Source: Gemmatimonadota bacterium
GTDB lineage: Bacteria > Gemmatimonadota > Gemmatimonadetes > Gemmatimonadales > GWC2-71-9
Assembly (NCBI GenBank): GCA_029262195.1
Contig: JAJCZX010000030.1
Location: forward strand, 497,615 to 561,614
Reading direction: 5' to 3'
Length of the DNA stretch: 64,000 bases
Shown here: in pieces, positions 36,001-44,125 of the stretch
Numbering within the stretch: the first letter of the stretch is position 1
Layout of the letters: every line of letters begins with the position of its first letter
Made by a program: the position numbers and the translations under genes
The notes under the pieces: model-generated
Told to the model about the DNA's origin: nothing
What the model saw: only the letters and a program-made list of their open reading frames with translations
Database searches by the model: none

Positions 36001-37289
36001 CTTCCGCCACCCGCCGATACACTAAAGTCAATCATTACCCCTGAAACGGGATTGCCCAAGGAATCCGTAAGAAGTACAGACGGAGCGATGGGCGCATTCG
36101 TGTTGACCTGTACCGATTGGCCCTGGCCTGCGTCAACGGTGAGGATCGCTGGCGGACCAGGATCGGCACCAGCGGTTACGGTAACGTTCACGCCTGCTGC
36201 TTCGATCGCGGTAGCTGTTAAGGTCTGGGGGCCGGCGACGGTCCCGAGCGTCCAATCGGTCGACACGATGCCCAGGCTGTCAGTTTTTACGGTATCCGGA
36301 CTCACAGTCCCGGCGGTGGTCGTGAATACGACGGTGGCATTCCGAACTATGATTCCGTCGGCTGCCCTAACTTCAACCACAATTGGAGCCTGGAGCGCGC
36401 TGCCAGCAACGCCCACCTGATCGTCACCGGCGATCACATTCATAGCACTTGGCACCGGCTGTACAGCAACCAACACCGTGTCCGTCTGGCCAGTTAGAAG
36501 TTCGGCAACAATCCGGGCGTCACCTCGCTGACTACCACCCACTACCAGTGGAAAACGGGGATCGGGGACATCGGCCCGGGCGGCATCAAGACTCTTCCAA
36601 CCAATCGGCGTGTTAGCGATTGGCTCCCCTGCATTGTCGAGGGCCACAGCTGCAAGAGCAGTAGTGTCTCCGAAAAACACCACCGGATTAAGAGTGGTGA
36701 TATGGACTCCGGTCGCATCGGCGCCGGTTCCCGTGTAATCGAGAGGCAGGTCAACAACTCCGCTGGAATCCGATCCCGAGGGATTGGACGAAGTGACGGG
36801 AGAAACATTTTCGATAAAGCCAACGAATACTACCTCACCCGTGGGTGAAATAAGCGACATGCGAAGATTGAACCGGTCATCATCTGAGAACACAGGCACG
36901 GTGAGCGACAGGTCGACCGTGTCGCCGACCACCTGGGCCACCGTGTCCAAAACAAGTGTGTCGTCAAAAACGCGTCGCACTTCAGCGCGAACCGAATCGA
37001 TGTCAACCAGCCCCGACATCGAACTGGCGAAGGATGGATTAAGTGAAAAACGAGCATCAATCGGTCGTTGAGGCCCGGAAGAATCGTCCCGACAAGTGAG
37101 AAACACCAACCCAAAGAGTGCAACAAGAAGGGCGTGTTTTATTCTGTGCGAACTACGCAAGCTTCCAGAAACCAATAATCTCCACCTTCCAGGACAATCG
37201 TGGGCCGCCGCCCGAGGGACACCAAGTCCGACCTTTTTGGGGCCGAAACGTTGACCGTTGACAGAATTCCCAACACCCATCCACCTCAA
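30093..37289 (-). CDS. Giant (up to 2398 aa) cell-surface protein with bacterial Ig-like repeats and five C-terminal tandem modules
   Basis: The longest ORF in the window. The N-terminal hydrophobic segment ends in LVFLTC (possible lipobox). The real start may be the TTG near 37170, which is preceded by GGTGGAG. Multiple Ig-like (Big-type) units have the pattern GDDQ/GNNQ..G..L..P..V.V.D..GN.V.G..V.F...G.G......T.D..G.A...WTLG. Ser/Thr/Gly/Val-rich. Confidence 0.85.
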   Translation of the reverse strand: MRWMGVGNSVNGQRFGPKKVGLGVPRAAAHDCPGRWRLLVSGSLRSSHRIKHALLVALFGLVFLTCRDDSSGPQRPIDARFSLNPSFASSMSGLVDIDSVRAEVRRVFDDTLVLDTVAQVVGDTVDLSLTVPVFSDDDRFNLRMSLISPTGEVVFVGFIENVSPVTSSNPSGSDSSGVVDLPLDYTGTGADATGVHITTLNPVVFFGDTTALAAVALDNAGEPIANTPIGWKSLDAARADVPDPRFPLVVGGSQRGDARIVAELLTGQTDTVLVAVQPVPSAMNVIAGDDQVGVAGSALQAPIVVEVRAADGIIVRNATVVFTTTAGTVSPDTVKTDSLGIVSTDWTLGTVAGPQTLTATAIEAAGVNVTVTAGADPGPPAILTVDAGQGQSVQVNTNAPIAPSVLLTDSLGNPVSGVMIDFSVSAGGGSVTGTPATTDSSGTASVGTWVMGTVAGTNTLIAELITSTPLSPPGQVDRNPSELLDSDDEILDELEKDREARIDRHFQEPDVVTEPETSIMMVDTLTVTFTAQATPGPVNSVLITTEPTDVPAGSAISPAVQVGLYDQFNNFADNDSTSQVQIVIVPGTGAQGATLSGTIPQTVAGGTATFPDLSIDLLGTGYQLEAMVGALPSDTSVAFDVVLGVVASVVMLDSDSSNGFPLADTATAVAINETGIIPVVAFDAGGNQLTGRTFTWNVLDSTSVVIDSVGVIIVDVAHVRAVANGVDTIIVSTGGVADSLIVTVNAGAGGGGPQNIVANSATSQSATVGRLVVTPPSVLVTDVLGQPLGGQTVTFSVVNGNGQLSGATMVTDLMGVAILGGWTIDTIAGLNTISATVDTLPPVLFNATGIADTAVSMIVVSGNNQLADAGMPLPTQVVVGVRDQYGNGVGGVTINWATAFGSLSGSTSVTTSAGNASTNWTLGVSAITQTLTASATGLTPVIATATANFPNPSILLSMPSDRIAVGGTDTLTVTLTAPSAVDSLPVQVTSGNTNVITVAMPDTVFVDSGMTTGTIVLNAIAAGTATITGAAPGFTSGMLNVDGSTQVMSLPGTVNVPFGGTASLPIQLSAPAPVGGVTVTVLSGNPTAVSVQTAMTTIPQGSSLGSVILNGAAPGVATITAQSASFGNAQSVATTTANFNITTTGVTINELFGPDVTIQLESGGQPIPAPVGGVQVLFVSSDSTCAVMDSVVIGAGFVSATANPRYGGSAITTCNAVLTATGPSINSDVVTVTVNAAPAISLSGTTVATGLQQSCGNCVNLGFNNRDHGGVTITVKSLDPSLLLISPDASTPGTDSIQVFLADQQYFFTYYVQGVEAAADTGIATAAVMATASPTLFQSAQANVSVRQLGVEIIGLSTGGLTTLSADDPFYVRVGYPSGSGVASQSIRAGGQVLTATIRSSQPTVGQLTTTSATDSIATVTIPVGVANSPTTVATGGVAFDPLLADTTTIAASIPGVIMTPNADRVVTTTAPTITASGTTVGTGLQQNCNGCVNLGIQNRAHGGVTVTVRSLDPGALLLSPNNLTAGTDSIQVFLPDQQYFFSYTANGVEFAADTGNVAAGVVVTTSPAIFQPDTGTTSVRQAAIDLVSLSTTGLTTLSPDDPFYVRVGYPSGNGVASQPIRVGGQALTATIRSSQPAVGQLVTNTTTDSVVTVTIGVGASNSPTTVAPGGVAFDPLTADTTTIAASVPNLISTPNSDWVVTTTAPALTASGTTVGTGLQQVCSNCVNLLVQNRAHGGVTVTVRSADPTALLISPNDSTPGTDSIQVFLPDSSYFFSYWAQGVEAAADTGIVSAQVIVTTSPALFVPDTATVSVRQPGVQLIGLQTSGLTTLSADDPFYARVGYPSGSGVVTQAIRAGGQAATVTFTSSRPSVGQLVTNAITAGSVTATIPVRASNSPTTVAPGGVAFDALTADTTTVAATIPGFISTPSSDFVVTTTAPAISMGTQTVGAGLQQQCSNCVNLNIQNRGHGGVTLTLRSSNPGVLLVSPDANTAGSDSIQIFVPDQQYLVSYYVQGTALGQTGSVTVDAIADVGFSNGSAVMTVVQPALDVIGVQTNNVTTLSLDDPFYVRVGRPSGNGVFAQAVRMGGPTLTTTVVTSQPSVGILVTNADTAASIMMDIAPGLFQTPTTVAPGGVALDPLTAGMTTVSATIPGHAPTPNSDWDVAISSPAITLSGMTVGGGLQGSCNSCVDLGASSRFHGGVTVTLTSSDSSLLLLAPDAATPGTGTLQINLADGSYRATYYAQALNLGSNTGVTVTATVTGFVSDSATVTISPAALILSGLNTFTTVGGANDLFLVTLGYQSGNSVAIQSIRVGGPALTATITSSAASIGQLVTSAVPGAGSVTVTIPATASSSPSTVLGGGVEFDPLAQGATTVSATIPGVVQTPNGVMVVNVNP
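30096..33590 (-). repeat. Five tandem ~230-233-aa coding modules at the C-terminus of the giant protein
   Basis: Each module starts ...TTTAP.I(T/S).SG.TVG.GLQQ.C..CVNL..QNR.HGGVT.T.RS..P..LL.SP... and ends ...TTVAPGGVAFD.LTADTT..A..P....TP.SD..V. I counted modules of 233 and 230 aa. The left boundary is approximate. Confidence 0.8.
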
Positions 37290-37336
37290 ACGGATGGGCG
37301 TTTCTTTAGTCGTACAAGCGACCCCTTAAAGTTGCA

Positions 37337-38770
37337 TCAAAACCCGCCGGTTGTCCAATACTCAGTGGACGCTTCAACATCGCTATCGCTAATCTTGACG
37401 TCATCTTCATCTTCACCGTCGGGTGAGAGAATCCACCTCCCCAGCACCAGCCCCGCAACCCCGGATACTACCGTACCAACTAAAACGGCGAATTTCGCCA
37501 CTCCCAGCATTTCGCTCCCCGCAAAAGCCAGTTCGGTAATGAAGATTGCCATTGTGAAACCGATACCTGCAACCGTACCAACAACGCCCACTTCTTTCCA
37601 CGACATGCCGGCTGGCAGCACGCACAGTTTTAGTTTCACTGCAAGCCAGCTGAACAACAAAACCCCAAGCGGCTTGCCCAATGAAAGACCGATCGCCACG
37701 CCTGAGAAAGCCACCAGTGCCGAGGCATCGCCCAGGTCGATTCCGTCGATTCGCACCCCGGCGTTGGCGAGAGCGAAAATCGGCATGATACCGTAGGCGA
37801 TCCACGGGTGCATTACCTTTTCGATTCTCACGGTCGGGGATACCGCTTCCTTTCGGGCGCGGGACAATTTGTGCAGTGGGGCTATCAACTCGTGGTCGTG
37901 GAGACCTTTGTCATGACCGTCTTTGAATTCATCCAGCGCGCTGTTAGCCAATTCTAAAAAGCGATCCCTGCTTAACCAGGGCCTCACCGGGACCAGAAGA
38001 CCAACGATCACGCCAGCAATAGTCGGATGGATACCAGATTGAAGGAACCCGAGCCACACTATGAAAGCCGGAAAAAACAAAACCGGGCCCGGACGCACAC
38101 CCACGTAAAAAAGGCCCCAGATTGCGGCGATTCCTCCCGCGGCCAAAACAAGCCCGGAAATGTCGAACCCCGGGGTATAGAAAATGGCGATCACCAGTAT
38201 GGCGCCTATATCATCCACAATTGCGAGAGCCAGCAGCAACACCCTAACCCCCGGCGGCACCCGGTTTCCAAGCAAGGTGAGGACACCGACGGCGAACGCG
38301 ATATCAGTGGCCATGGGCACTCCCCACCCGTGAATCGTCTCAGGATTCCCTAGATTTATCGCGACATAAATTGCGGCCGGTACCAGCATCCCACCCAGCG
38401 CAGCAGCAAGTGGTAGGGCAGCCCTGCGGATTTCAGAAAGCGCACCTTCTACAATTTCCCTCTTGATTTCCACTCCCACGAGCATGAAGAAGAAGGCCAT
38501 CAGGAAATCGTTGATCCAGAAATGAAGCGACCGGTCCAGCTGCCAGGGGCCTAAACCGACCACGAAATTAGTGTGCCATAGCTCTTCGTAACTATGGCTC
38601 CACGGTGAATTTGCCCAGATCAGCGCTACAATCGCGGTGATAAGCAACAGTATGCCCGAAGATGCCTCCACCTTTATGAAAGCTTCGACGGGACGAACCA
38701 CACTCCAGGCAATGCGACGCAGTGACAGCCACGAGTGGGGCGTCGGTCCAAATTTTGTCGATAATTTCAT
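37337..38770 (-). CDS. nhaA: Na+/H+ antiporter NhaA
   Basis: ORF 37337..38851. I prefer ATG 38770 (MKLSTKF...). EASSGILLLITAIVALIWANSPW...WINDFLMAFFF...VDDIGAILVIA are NhaA hallmarks. Acidic C-terminal tail. Confidence 0.9.
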   Translation of the reverse strand: MKLSTKFGPTPHSWLSLRRIAWSVVRPVEAFIKVEASSGILLLITAIVALIWANSPWSHSYEELWHTNFVVGLGPWQLDRSLHFWINDFLMAFFFMLVGVEIKREIVEGALSEIRRAALPLAAALGGMLVPAAIYVAINLGNPETIHGWGVPMATDIAFAVGVLTLLGNRVPPGVRVLLLALAIVDDIGAILVIAIFYTPGFDISGLVLAAGGIAAIWGLFYVGVRPGPVLFFPAFIVWLGFLQSGIHPTIAGVIVGLLVPVRPWLSRDRFLELANSALDEFKDGHDKGLHDHELIAPLHKLSRARKEAVSPTVRIEKVMHPWIAYGIMPIFALANAGVRIDGIDLGDASALVAFSGVAIGLSLGKPLGVLLFSWLAVKLKLCVLPAGMSWKEVGVVGTVAGIGFTMAIFITELAFAGSEMLGVAKFAVLVGTVVSGVAGLVLGRWILSPDGEDEDDVKISDSDVEASTEYWTTGGF

Positions 38771-38931
38771 GCCTTTTCCTGAGACGGGGCTCATCAAAAA
38801 ATGCGCGGGAATACGGGCGTTTTCCGACGACGTGAACACGAAACATACCATGCAATCAACCCGCCGTGCAAACGGATATTCCCAAAGCGCCAGCTTGGCT
38901 TTCTAATCCGCAGTTTTAGGCGTAAATTCAG

Positions 38932-40287
38932 GTGTTTCCAACCTTTGGGGGTTTTGTGTTCAGACGTGCCATGCTGGTCGCGACGGTCGTCTCTGTTTCG
39001 CTACCGGTCAGCCTGACGGCTCAACAGGTGTACGAGGTCAATGTTCACGGCACCATCGAACTTGGCCTTGCACCCCACGTTCGTAGAGCGATCCAGGAAG
39101 CTGAGGCCGCGGGCGCTTCCGCCATCCTTCTACACATCAACACGCCGGGCGGAAGGGTAGACGCCGCCATTCAGATTGTCTCTGCGATTACCGCAACTGA
39201 CATCCCCGTCTATTCGTTCGTTAACCCCATGGCCTGGAGTGCCGGGGCACTGATCGCGCTTGCGACTGATTCCATTTTCATGGGTCCTGCGTCGTCCATC
39301 GGAGCAGCTACTCCCATCGACGGAGCCGGAACACGTGCGCCCGAAAAGATAGTATCGGCGATGAGGGCAGAGTTCAGAGCATTGGCCGAGCTCCGAGGTT
39401 TCGACCCCCATATTGCCGAAGCCATGGTAGACGAGGCCGTTCAGGTCGAAGGGGTGGTTGAAGAAGGCACCCTACTTGTCCTCACCGCTGCGGAAGCCCT
39501 GAGCATCGGCTTTTCCGCAGGCAGCTTCGATAACATCGAAGACCTCAAAACGAATCTCGGGTTTGGGGAGGCTACAACCGTGGCAGTCAGGGTCAACTGG
39601 GCGGAAAGGGTTGTGCGTTTCCTATCGAACCCGGCCGTGGCGCCAATCTTACTATCCATTGGTACGCTGGCATTGATCATCGAGATAAAAACCGGCGCGT
39701 TCGGGTTGGCCGGAATGATTGGCCTCGCAGCTCTGGGAGCGTTTTTTGGCAGCCATATGATCGTCGGACTTGCCGGGTGGGAAGAGGTCATTCTCCTCGG
39801 AATCGGGGCAGTCGCTCTGGTCATCGAAGTTGCAGTGGTGCCCGGATTCGGGGTCGCAGGAATAATCAGTTTCCTCTCAATTGGAAGTGCGGTTTATCTC
39901 GCAATGCTCGGGAATATCCCAACATGGCCCGATGTGGCCGAAGCAGGTGTGGTTATGATCGCGGTTGCCGCACTGGTTGCAGCGGGCATTTTTACGATAG
40001 TCCGCAACATGCCTAACAACTCTCGCCTCAAAGGCGTTTTTCTGAACGCCTCGACCAGAAAGGACGAGGGATACATCGCCGCATCGCCGCGGGACGACCT
40101 GATTGGGTTGGAAGGAGTTGCACTTACGGACCTGCGGCCCTCGGGAACCGCACACGTAGATGGGGAACGATTAGACGTGGTGACCGAGGGCGATTTCATA
40201 AACAAGGGAGCGCGAATCAGGGTGATCCGTTCCGACGGATATCGACATGTGGTTGACGTCCTCCAACAAGAATACCTAAACAGTTAA
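38932..40287 (+). CDS. NfeD-family membrane-bound ClpP-class serine protease
   Basis: 451 aa. Signal peptide, ClpP-like domain (ILLHINTPGGRVDAA...AWSAGALIALA), several TM helices, and a C-terminal NfeD beta-barrel (GTAHVDGERLDVVTEGDFINKGARIRV). Sits upstream of floA, as yqeZ does in Bacillus. Confidence 0.85.
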   Translation: MFPTFGGFVFRRAMLVATVVSVSLPVSLTAQQVYEVNVHGTIELGLAPHVRRAIQEAEAAGASAILLHINTPGGRVDAAIQIVSAITATDIPVYSFVNPMAWSAGALIALATDSIFMGPASSIGAATPIDGAGTRAPEKIVSAMRAEFRALAELRGFDPHIAEAMVDEAVQVEGVVEEGTLLVLTAAEALSIGFSAGSFDNIEDLKTNLGFGEATTVAVRVNWAERVVRFLSNPAVAPILLSIGTLALIIEIKTGAFGLAGMIGLAALGAFFGSHMIVGLAGWEEVILLGIGAVALVIEVAVVPGFGVAGIISFLSIGSAVYLAMLGNIPTWPDVAEAGVVMIAVAALVAAGIFTIVRNMPNNSRLKGVFLNASTRKDEGYIAASPRDDLIGLEGVALTDLRPSGTAHVDGERLDVVTEGDFINKGARIRVIRSDGYRHVVDVLQQEYLNS

Positions 40288-40299
40288 GGCGATTACCTA

Positions 40300-41313
40300 A
40301 TGAAAGGTCAAGATCAACTATCCGATTTCATAGGCTCTGGAGCAGGCGGCATTGTCGCACTTGGCGTAGCTGGCCTGGTCGGGGTCTTCATCCTGTTTCA
40401 GTTCGTACCTCTAGGTTTATGGGTGCAGACGTTAGCCGCCAATTGTCCGGTATCGATTCGTACCCTTATTGGCATGCGCCTGCGGAAGGTGCGGCCCCAG
40501 GTAGTGATCGGCCCCCGCATCAACGCGTGGAAAGCGGGCTTAGAACTGGGTGTAGACGACCTCGAAGCCCATTACCTCGCTGGTGGCGATGTCGACATGG
40601 TAGTCAGCGCTTTGATCTCGGCCGACAAGGCTGGCATCGACCTGGGCTTCCAGAGGGCGGCGGCTATTGACCTCGCCGGACGTGACGTGCAGGAAGCGGT
40701 GCAGGTGTCGGTTGTGCCGAAGGTCATTCAGACGCCCAAAGTATCGGCGGTCGCAAAGGACGGGATTCAACTTGTCGCTATTGCGAGAGTCACTGTCAGA
40801 GCCAACATCGAAAGACTCGTCGGCGGTGCAGGCGAAGAAACAATCCTGGCGCGAGTAGGAGAAGGGATCGTTTCTACCATCGGGTCGGCCGACACACACA
40901 AGGCAGTGCTCGAAAACCCTGATGCCATTTCAAAGACCGTACTGGCCAAGGGTCTCGATAGCGGCACCGCATTTGAGATTCTGTCAATCGACATCGCCGA
41001 TGTCGACGTGGGCAAAAACATCGGCGCCGAGTTACAAACCGACCAGGCGGAAGCCGATAAACGAATTGCACAGGCGAAAGCGGAGGAACGGCGCGCAATG
41101 GCCGTTGCCAACGAACAGGAGATGAAGGCCCGAGTGCAAGAGATGAAGGCGAAGGTTGTGGAAGCTGAAGCCCAGGTACCGCTTGCTATGTCCGAGGCCT
41201 TTAGGAGCGGCAATCTCGGTATCATGGATTTCGCACGCTTCAAGAACATGGAAAGCGACACGCGAATGCGGGACAACATTGCAGGTGAACCAGACTCCGC
41301 CCCTCAAGGCTAG
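40300..41313 (+). CDS. floA: Flotillin-like protein FloA (SPFH domain, YqfA family)
   Basis: 337 aa. Near-colinear with B. subtilis FloA as I recall it: GMRLRKV...[19 protein letters not shown]...[22 protein letters not shown]...[33 protein letters not shown]...[45 protein letters not shown]. Confidence 0.9.
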   Translation: MKGQDQLSDFIGSGAGGIVALGVAGLVGVFILFQFVPLGLWVQTLAANCPVSIRTLIGMRLRKVRPQVVIGPRINAWKAGLELGVDDLEAHYLAGGDVDMVVSALISADKAGIDLGFQRAAAIDLAGRDVQEAVQVSVVPKVIQTPKVSAVAKDGIQLVAIARVTVRANIERLVGGAGEETILARVGEGIVSTIGSADTHKAVLENPDAISKTVLAKGLDSGTAFEILSIDIADVDVGKNIGAELQTDQAEADKRIAQAKAEERRAMAVANEQEMKARVQEMKAKVVEAEAQVPLAMSEAFRSGNLGIMDFARFKNMESDTRMRDNIAGEPDSAPQG

Positions 41314-41321
41314 GGGTTTAG

Positions 41322-41777
41322 GTGGAAGGACTTGCAGGGCTTTTGGTAGCCCTCGTTTGGTGGTTGCTCATGGGCAAAAAAAGGCCTCAAGGAAACCACA
41401 GTCAGGTGCAAGCCGATTCGGCCTCGTCAGGTGGGGAGACGCCCCACCTGACGGAGACGGAAAGATTAATCCGCGAGGCGTTGGGGATCGTAGAGTCTCG
41501 CCCCCAGGCGTCTTCGTCCGTAGAAGAAGTCCCCGCATCCCCACCAAAGGTTACGGCCAGATCCACAATTTCTTCTGATCCGTTGCAACGGATGAGCGAC
41601 CCGCTCGCTTACAGCGTTCAAAAGGAAGAAGCCCGGCACGAACGGTTCCATGACTTATACGTGGAGGACCACGAACCGGATAAGAAGAAGAAAGTCTCCC
41701 GGCGAACAGATCGACGTGCAATACGTTCGGCAATCGTCTGGAAGGAAATACTGGGCCCACCCAAAAGCCTGGAGTAA
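41322..41777 (+). CDS. Hypothetical small membrane protein (third gene of the nfeD-floA operon)
   Basis: 151 aa with a GTG start 8 nt after the floA stop. N-terminal TM helix (LAGLLVALVWWLLMG), then a charged tail. Confidence 0.4.
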   Translation: MEGLAGLLVALVWWLLMGKKRPQGNHSQVQADSASSGGETPHLTETERLIREALGIVESRPQASSSVEEVPASPPKVTARSTISSDPLQRMSDPLAYSVQKEEARHERFHDLYVEDHEPDKKKKVSRRTDRRAIRSAIVWKEILGPPKSLE

Positions 41778-41783
41778 AAAAGT

Positions 41784-42866
41784 CTACTGGCCCGGCACCA
41801 CCAGCAAGCCCACTCGCCCGTTGAAATCGTCGTCCACCGGGGTCGTTCCCTCCGGGACAAACCAATCCCCCCTGTCAACCCTGATGTTGAAGAAGTGTGA
41901 TCCGACCTCAACCTGAATGATGGCCTCCCAAAGCCCTGGAGCTACGCGGACCATTTCCACTGGCTGCCAATCGGTAAACGACCCAACCACTTCAACGACT
42001 CCATCGGCTCTACCAAAATACCGCAGGACACGGGTTTCACCTTTGCCCTCGGGTGTCGCGGTGAAACGTCTGTTGGCACTTGGAGGCACGATGATGTGAG
42101 GTGTGACGAAAAGCCTGACTGGAGCCAGTCGCAGGCCCATGGTTATGTAGGTGCCGCCTGGCAAACGCTGAACCGGATCAGTGGAATACTTTCCGGCCGT
42201 GACCGCAGCGGCAACGAATCGAGTGAGCCAGAATGCTCCGTTAACAGACCAGGTGGTGGTCCCGTCAAAGAAATCTCCCACACTCCGCCCCAGCGAAGTC
42301 TCCCCTTCCAACGGGCCCTCTCGAAATAGCACGGTAAATTCAACGTGATAGAAATCTCTCGGTCTTGTCGCCAGCCGTAGAGGACGGTATTGAGAATGCA
42401 CCAACGTGGCCCGCGTACTTATATCCCTTGAGGGTTGCGCCCAGAGCCCAATTTCACGCCTCGGACTACCCTGCCAATAGTCCCCGTTCCAAACCTGCGC
42501 GGAGCCCGCACCTATCCAGATCCCCGCTCCTTCCCCTGAGAAATGCAGCCGCCCTCCTGCCGAGCCCTGTCGCGCAGCAGTAATTACCCGGTTAGCGTTC
42601 AGCTCGCCCCGCCCAAACACCTCGGCACGGAATCCTTCGTAGGAAGGAGAAAGAAGGGAGACAGCGGCCAGGCCCCTGCTCCCCCAGCCGGCGTTGTCAA
42701 AACGGGAAAAAGTCGCACCGACAACCGCTGACACAAAATCGCGGTTGATCGAAAAACGGGGGGTGATGGAGTAGACCGAAAGTTCGGCATTACCGTCGTA
42801 GTTGATATTGCCAGCGCCTACATCGAGCGTACTACTCGACTGCGCAGACGCCGTCAAAGGCGTCAT
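41784..42866 (-). CDS. Putative beta-rich envelope protein with C-terminal CBM48/AMPK-beta glycogen-binding-like domain
   Basis: 360 aa from ATG 42866. The frame stays open upstream, and ...FRLPSTIVVITAMTPLTASAQS looks like a signal peptide, so the true start is probably a non-ATG codon upstream. C-terminus VVEVVGSFTDWQPVEMVRVAPGLWEA...FFNIRVDRGDWFVPEG..VDDDFNGRVGLLVV. Confidence 0.6.
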   Translation of the reverse strand: MTPLTASAQSSSTLDVGAGNINYDGNAELSVYSITPRFSINRDFVSAVVGATFSRFDNAGWGSRGLAAVSLLSPSYEGFRAEVFGRGELNANRVITAARQGSAGGRLHFSGEGAGIWIGAGSAQVWNGDYWQGSPRREIGLWAQPSRDISTRATLVHSQYRPLRLATRPRDFYHVEFTVLFREGPLEGETSLGRSVGDFFDGTTTWSVNGAFWLTRFVAAAVTAGKYSTDPVQRLPGGTYITMGLRLAPVRLFVTPHIIVPPSANRRFTATPEGKGETRVLRYFGRADGVVEVVGSFTDWQPVEMVRVAPGLWEAIIQVEVGSHFFNIRVDRGDWFVPEGTTPVDDDFNGRVGLLVVPGQ

Positions 42867-42915
42867 CGCCGTAATTACAACAATTGTAGACGGCAGTCTA
42901 AAAATAACCGACCCC

Positions 42916-43557
42916 TCAGGGTTGAGGTGCTGCTGATACCCCCTCCGCTACCACGTCACCAAACGGCGGCGGCGCAGCCGTAGGTATCCCAGAACGCACC
43001 GAAGCAGCGATCATCGGCGGATACCCATTAATAACATCATTAACTACCTGGCGCTGTAACTCAAGTAGCTGAACGTCGGTGTGACCTTTTTCAGTAAGGC
43101 CGTAAACAATCACACCAGCGTCCTCGGCAGGTACGCCAATAGCTACCAGGTCCACAAGTACACCAAAAGGAGTCGTAAGGTCGCCTCCGGGCCGGGCGAG
43201 TTTGAGACCTTCAATAGCTTCAACATCGGCACCCGCTCTAAGTGCCAACGCACCGGCATTCAACTCTGAAGCACCCGCTCCCGGCCCCAGGACGCTTCGC
43301 ACCGTATTCATGCCGTCGAAGAGTCGTCTCACGGCTGCCACAATCATATCATGCGGAGCCCCGCGACTACTGCCTTCAAGCGCCTTATCAATCAGGGGCT
43401 CGCTAGGCAGCCCCACACGGGCGGCCTGTCGGAGAATCACGGTCATGACTTCCAGAGTCGGACCGTCAACCCGTTCGGCCAGCCGTTGATCGACCTGCGC
43501 TGTAAGCAGCGCGGGGCTCAGGAGTGCAATTGCAGTCGCGACGCTTGCAAGTTTCAA
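42916..43557 (-). CDS. Hypothetical secreted (periplasmic) alpha-helical protein
   Basis: ORF 42916..43677 overlaps the anti-sigma gene by 116 nt. The TTG at 43557, just after that gene's TAG, gives a clean signal peptide (M)KLASVATAIALLSPALLTAQ. The alternative ATG is at 43608. Confidence 0.45.
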   Translation of the reverse strand: MKLASVATAIALLSPALLTAQVDQRLAERVDGPTLEVMTVILRQAARVGLPSEPLIDKALEGSSRGAPHDMIVAAVRRLFDGMNTVRSVLGPGAGASELNAGALALRAGADVEAIEGLKLARPGGDLTTPFGVLVDLVAIGVPAEDAGVIVYGLTEKGHTDVQLLELQRQVVNDVINGYPPMIAASVRSGIPTAAPPPFGDVVAEGVSAAPQP

Positions 43558-43561
43558 AACA

Positions 43562-44125
43562 CTAAACCTCAGGAACCGTAATGGTTGAACTGGTTCCGCC
43601 AAAGTCATCGAATAGAGACGGCGGAGCTGCCGGGTCAGGAACCCATTTGTCACCGTCAACCACGAACGTGTACTCATAGCGACCGGGCACCAACTTAACC
43701 GTAGTCACCCATTCTCCGGATGAAGTTCTGGTCATCGGAGTGGCCTCAAGGTCCCAATCGTTGAAATCACCAGACAGGGTCACAGAAGAGGCTCTCGGGG
43801 CATCAAGCTCAAAACGAATTACCCTTGCGGCAGGGTCTTCAGCTATGGGCTCCACACCGTCGGGGTTTCCAAACCGCACCGGCGAAACCGCGACGGCCAG
43901 GATCAGAACAGCAGCCGACGCTGCCATGCTCAACGGGGACAGCGATAATTGTTGCGGTCGGCGCCACCAGGCAATCACGCGCACCCACATTGCAGGTTTA
44001 CCGTGGCGACGAACCTCTGCCATCACCGACTCGTCGAACGACGGATCTATTTTTATCGACCTTTTTAACTCGTGGGCTACTCGCTCCACCAGGCCGTTGT
44101 GTCCTGATTCATTCACGATAGACAC
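43562..44125 (-). CDS. Putative anti-sigma factor: single-pass membrane protein with periplasmic CBM48/AMPK-beta-like domain
   Basis: 187 aa. Overlaps the ECF sigma gene stop by 17 nt. Central TM helix (LSMAASAAVLILAVAV). C-terminus VTLSGDFNDWDLEATPMTRTSSGEWVTTVKLVPGRYEYTFVVDGDKWVPDP matches the AMPK1_CBM pattern. Confidence 0.65.
   Translation of the reverse strand: MSIVNESGHNGLVERVAHELKRSIKIDPSFDESVMAEVRRHGKPAMWVRVIAWWRRPQQLSLSPLSMAASAAVLILAVAVSPVRFGNPDGVEPIAEDPAARVIRFELDAPRASSVTLSGDFNDWDLEATPMTRTSSGEWVTTVKLVPGRYEYTFVVDGDKWVPDPAAPPSLFDDFGGTSSTITVPEV

Noticed and set aside
30148-37071. Many 60-260-aa plus-strand ORFs inside the giant gene (e.g. 34702-35427, 35647-36420)
   Set aside because: These are shadow ORFs on the antisense strand of a long, repeat-rich gene of biased composition. 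They repeat with the same periodicity as the sense-strand modules and carry no motifs.
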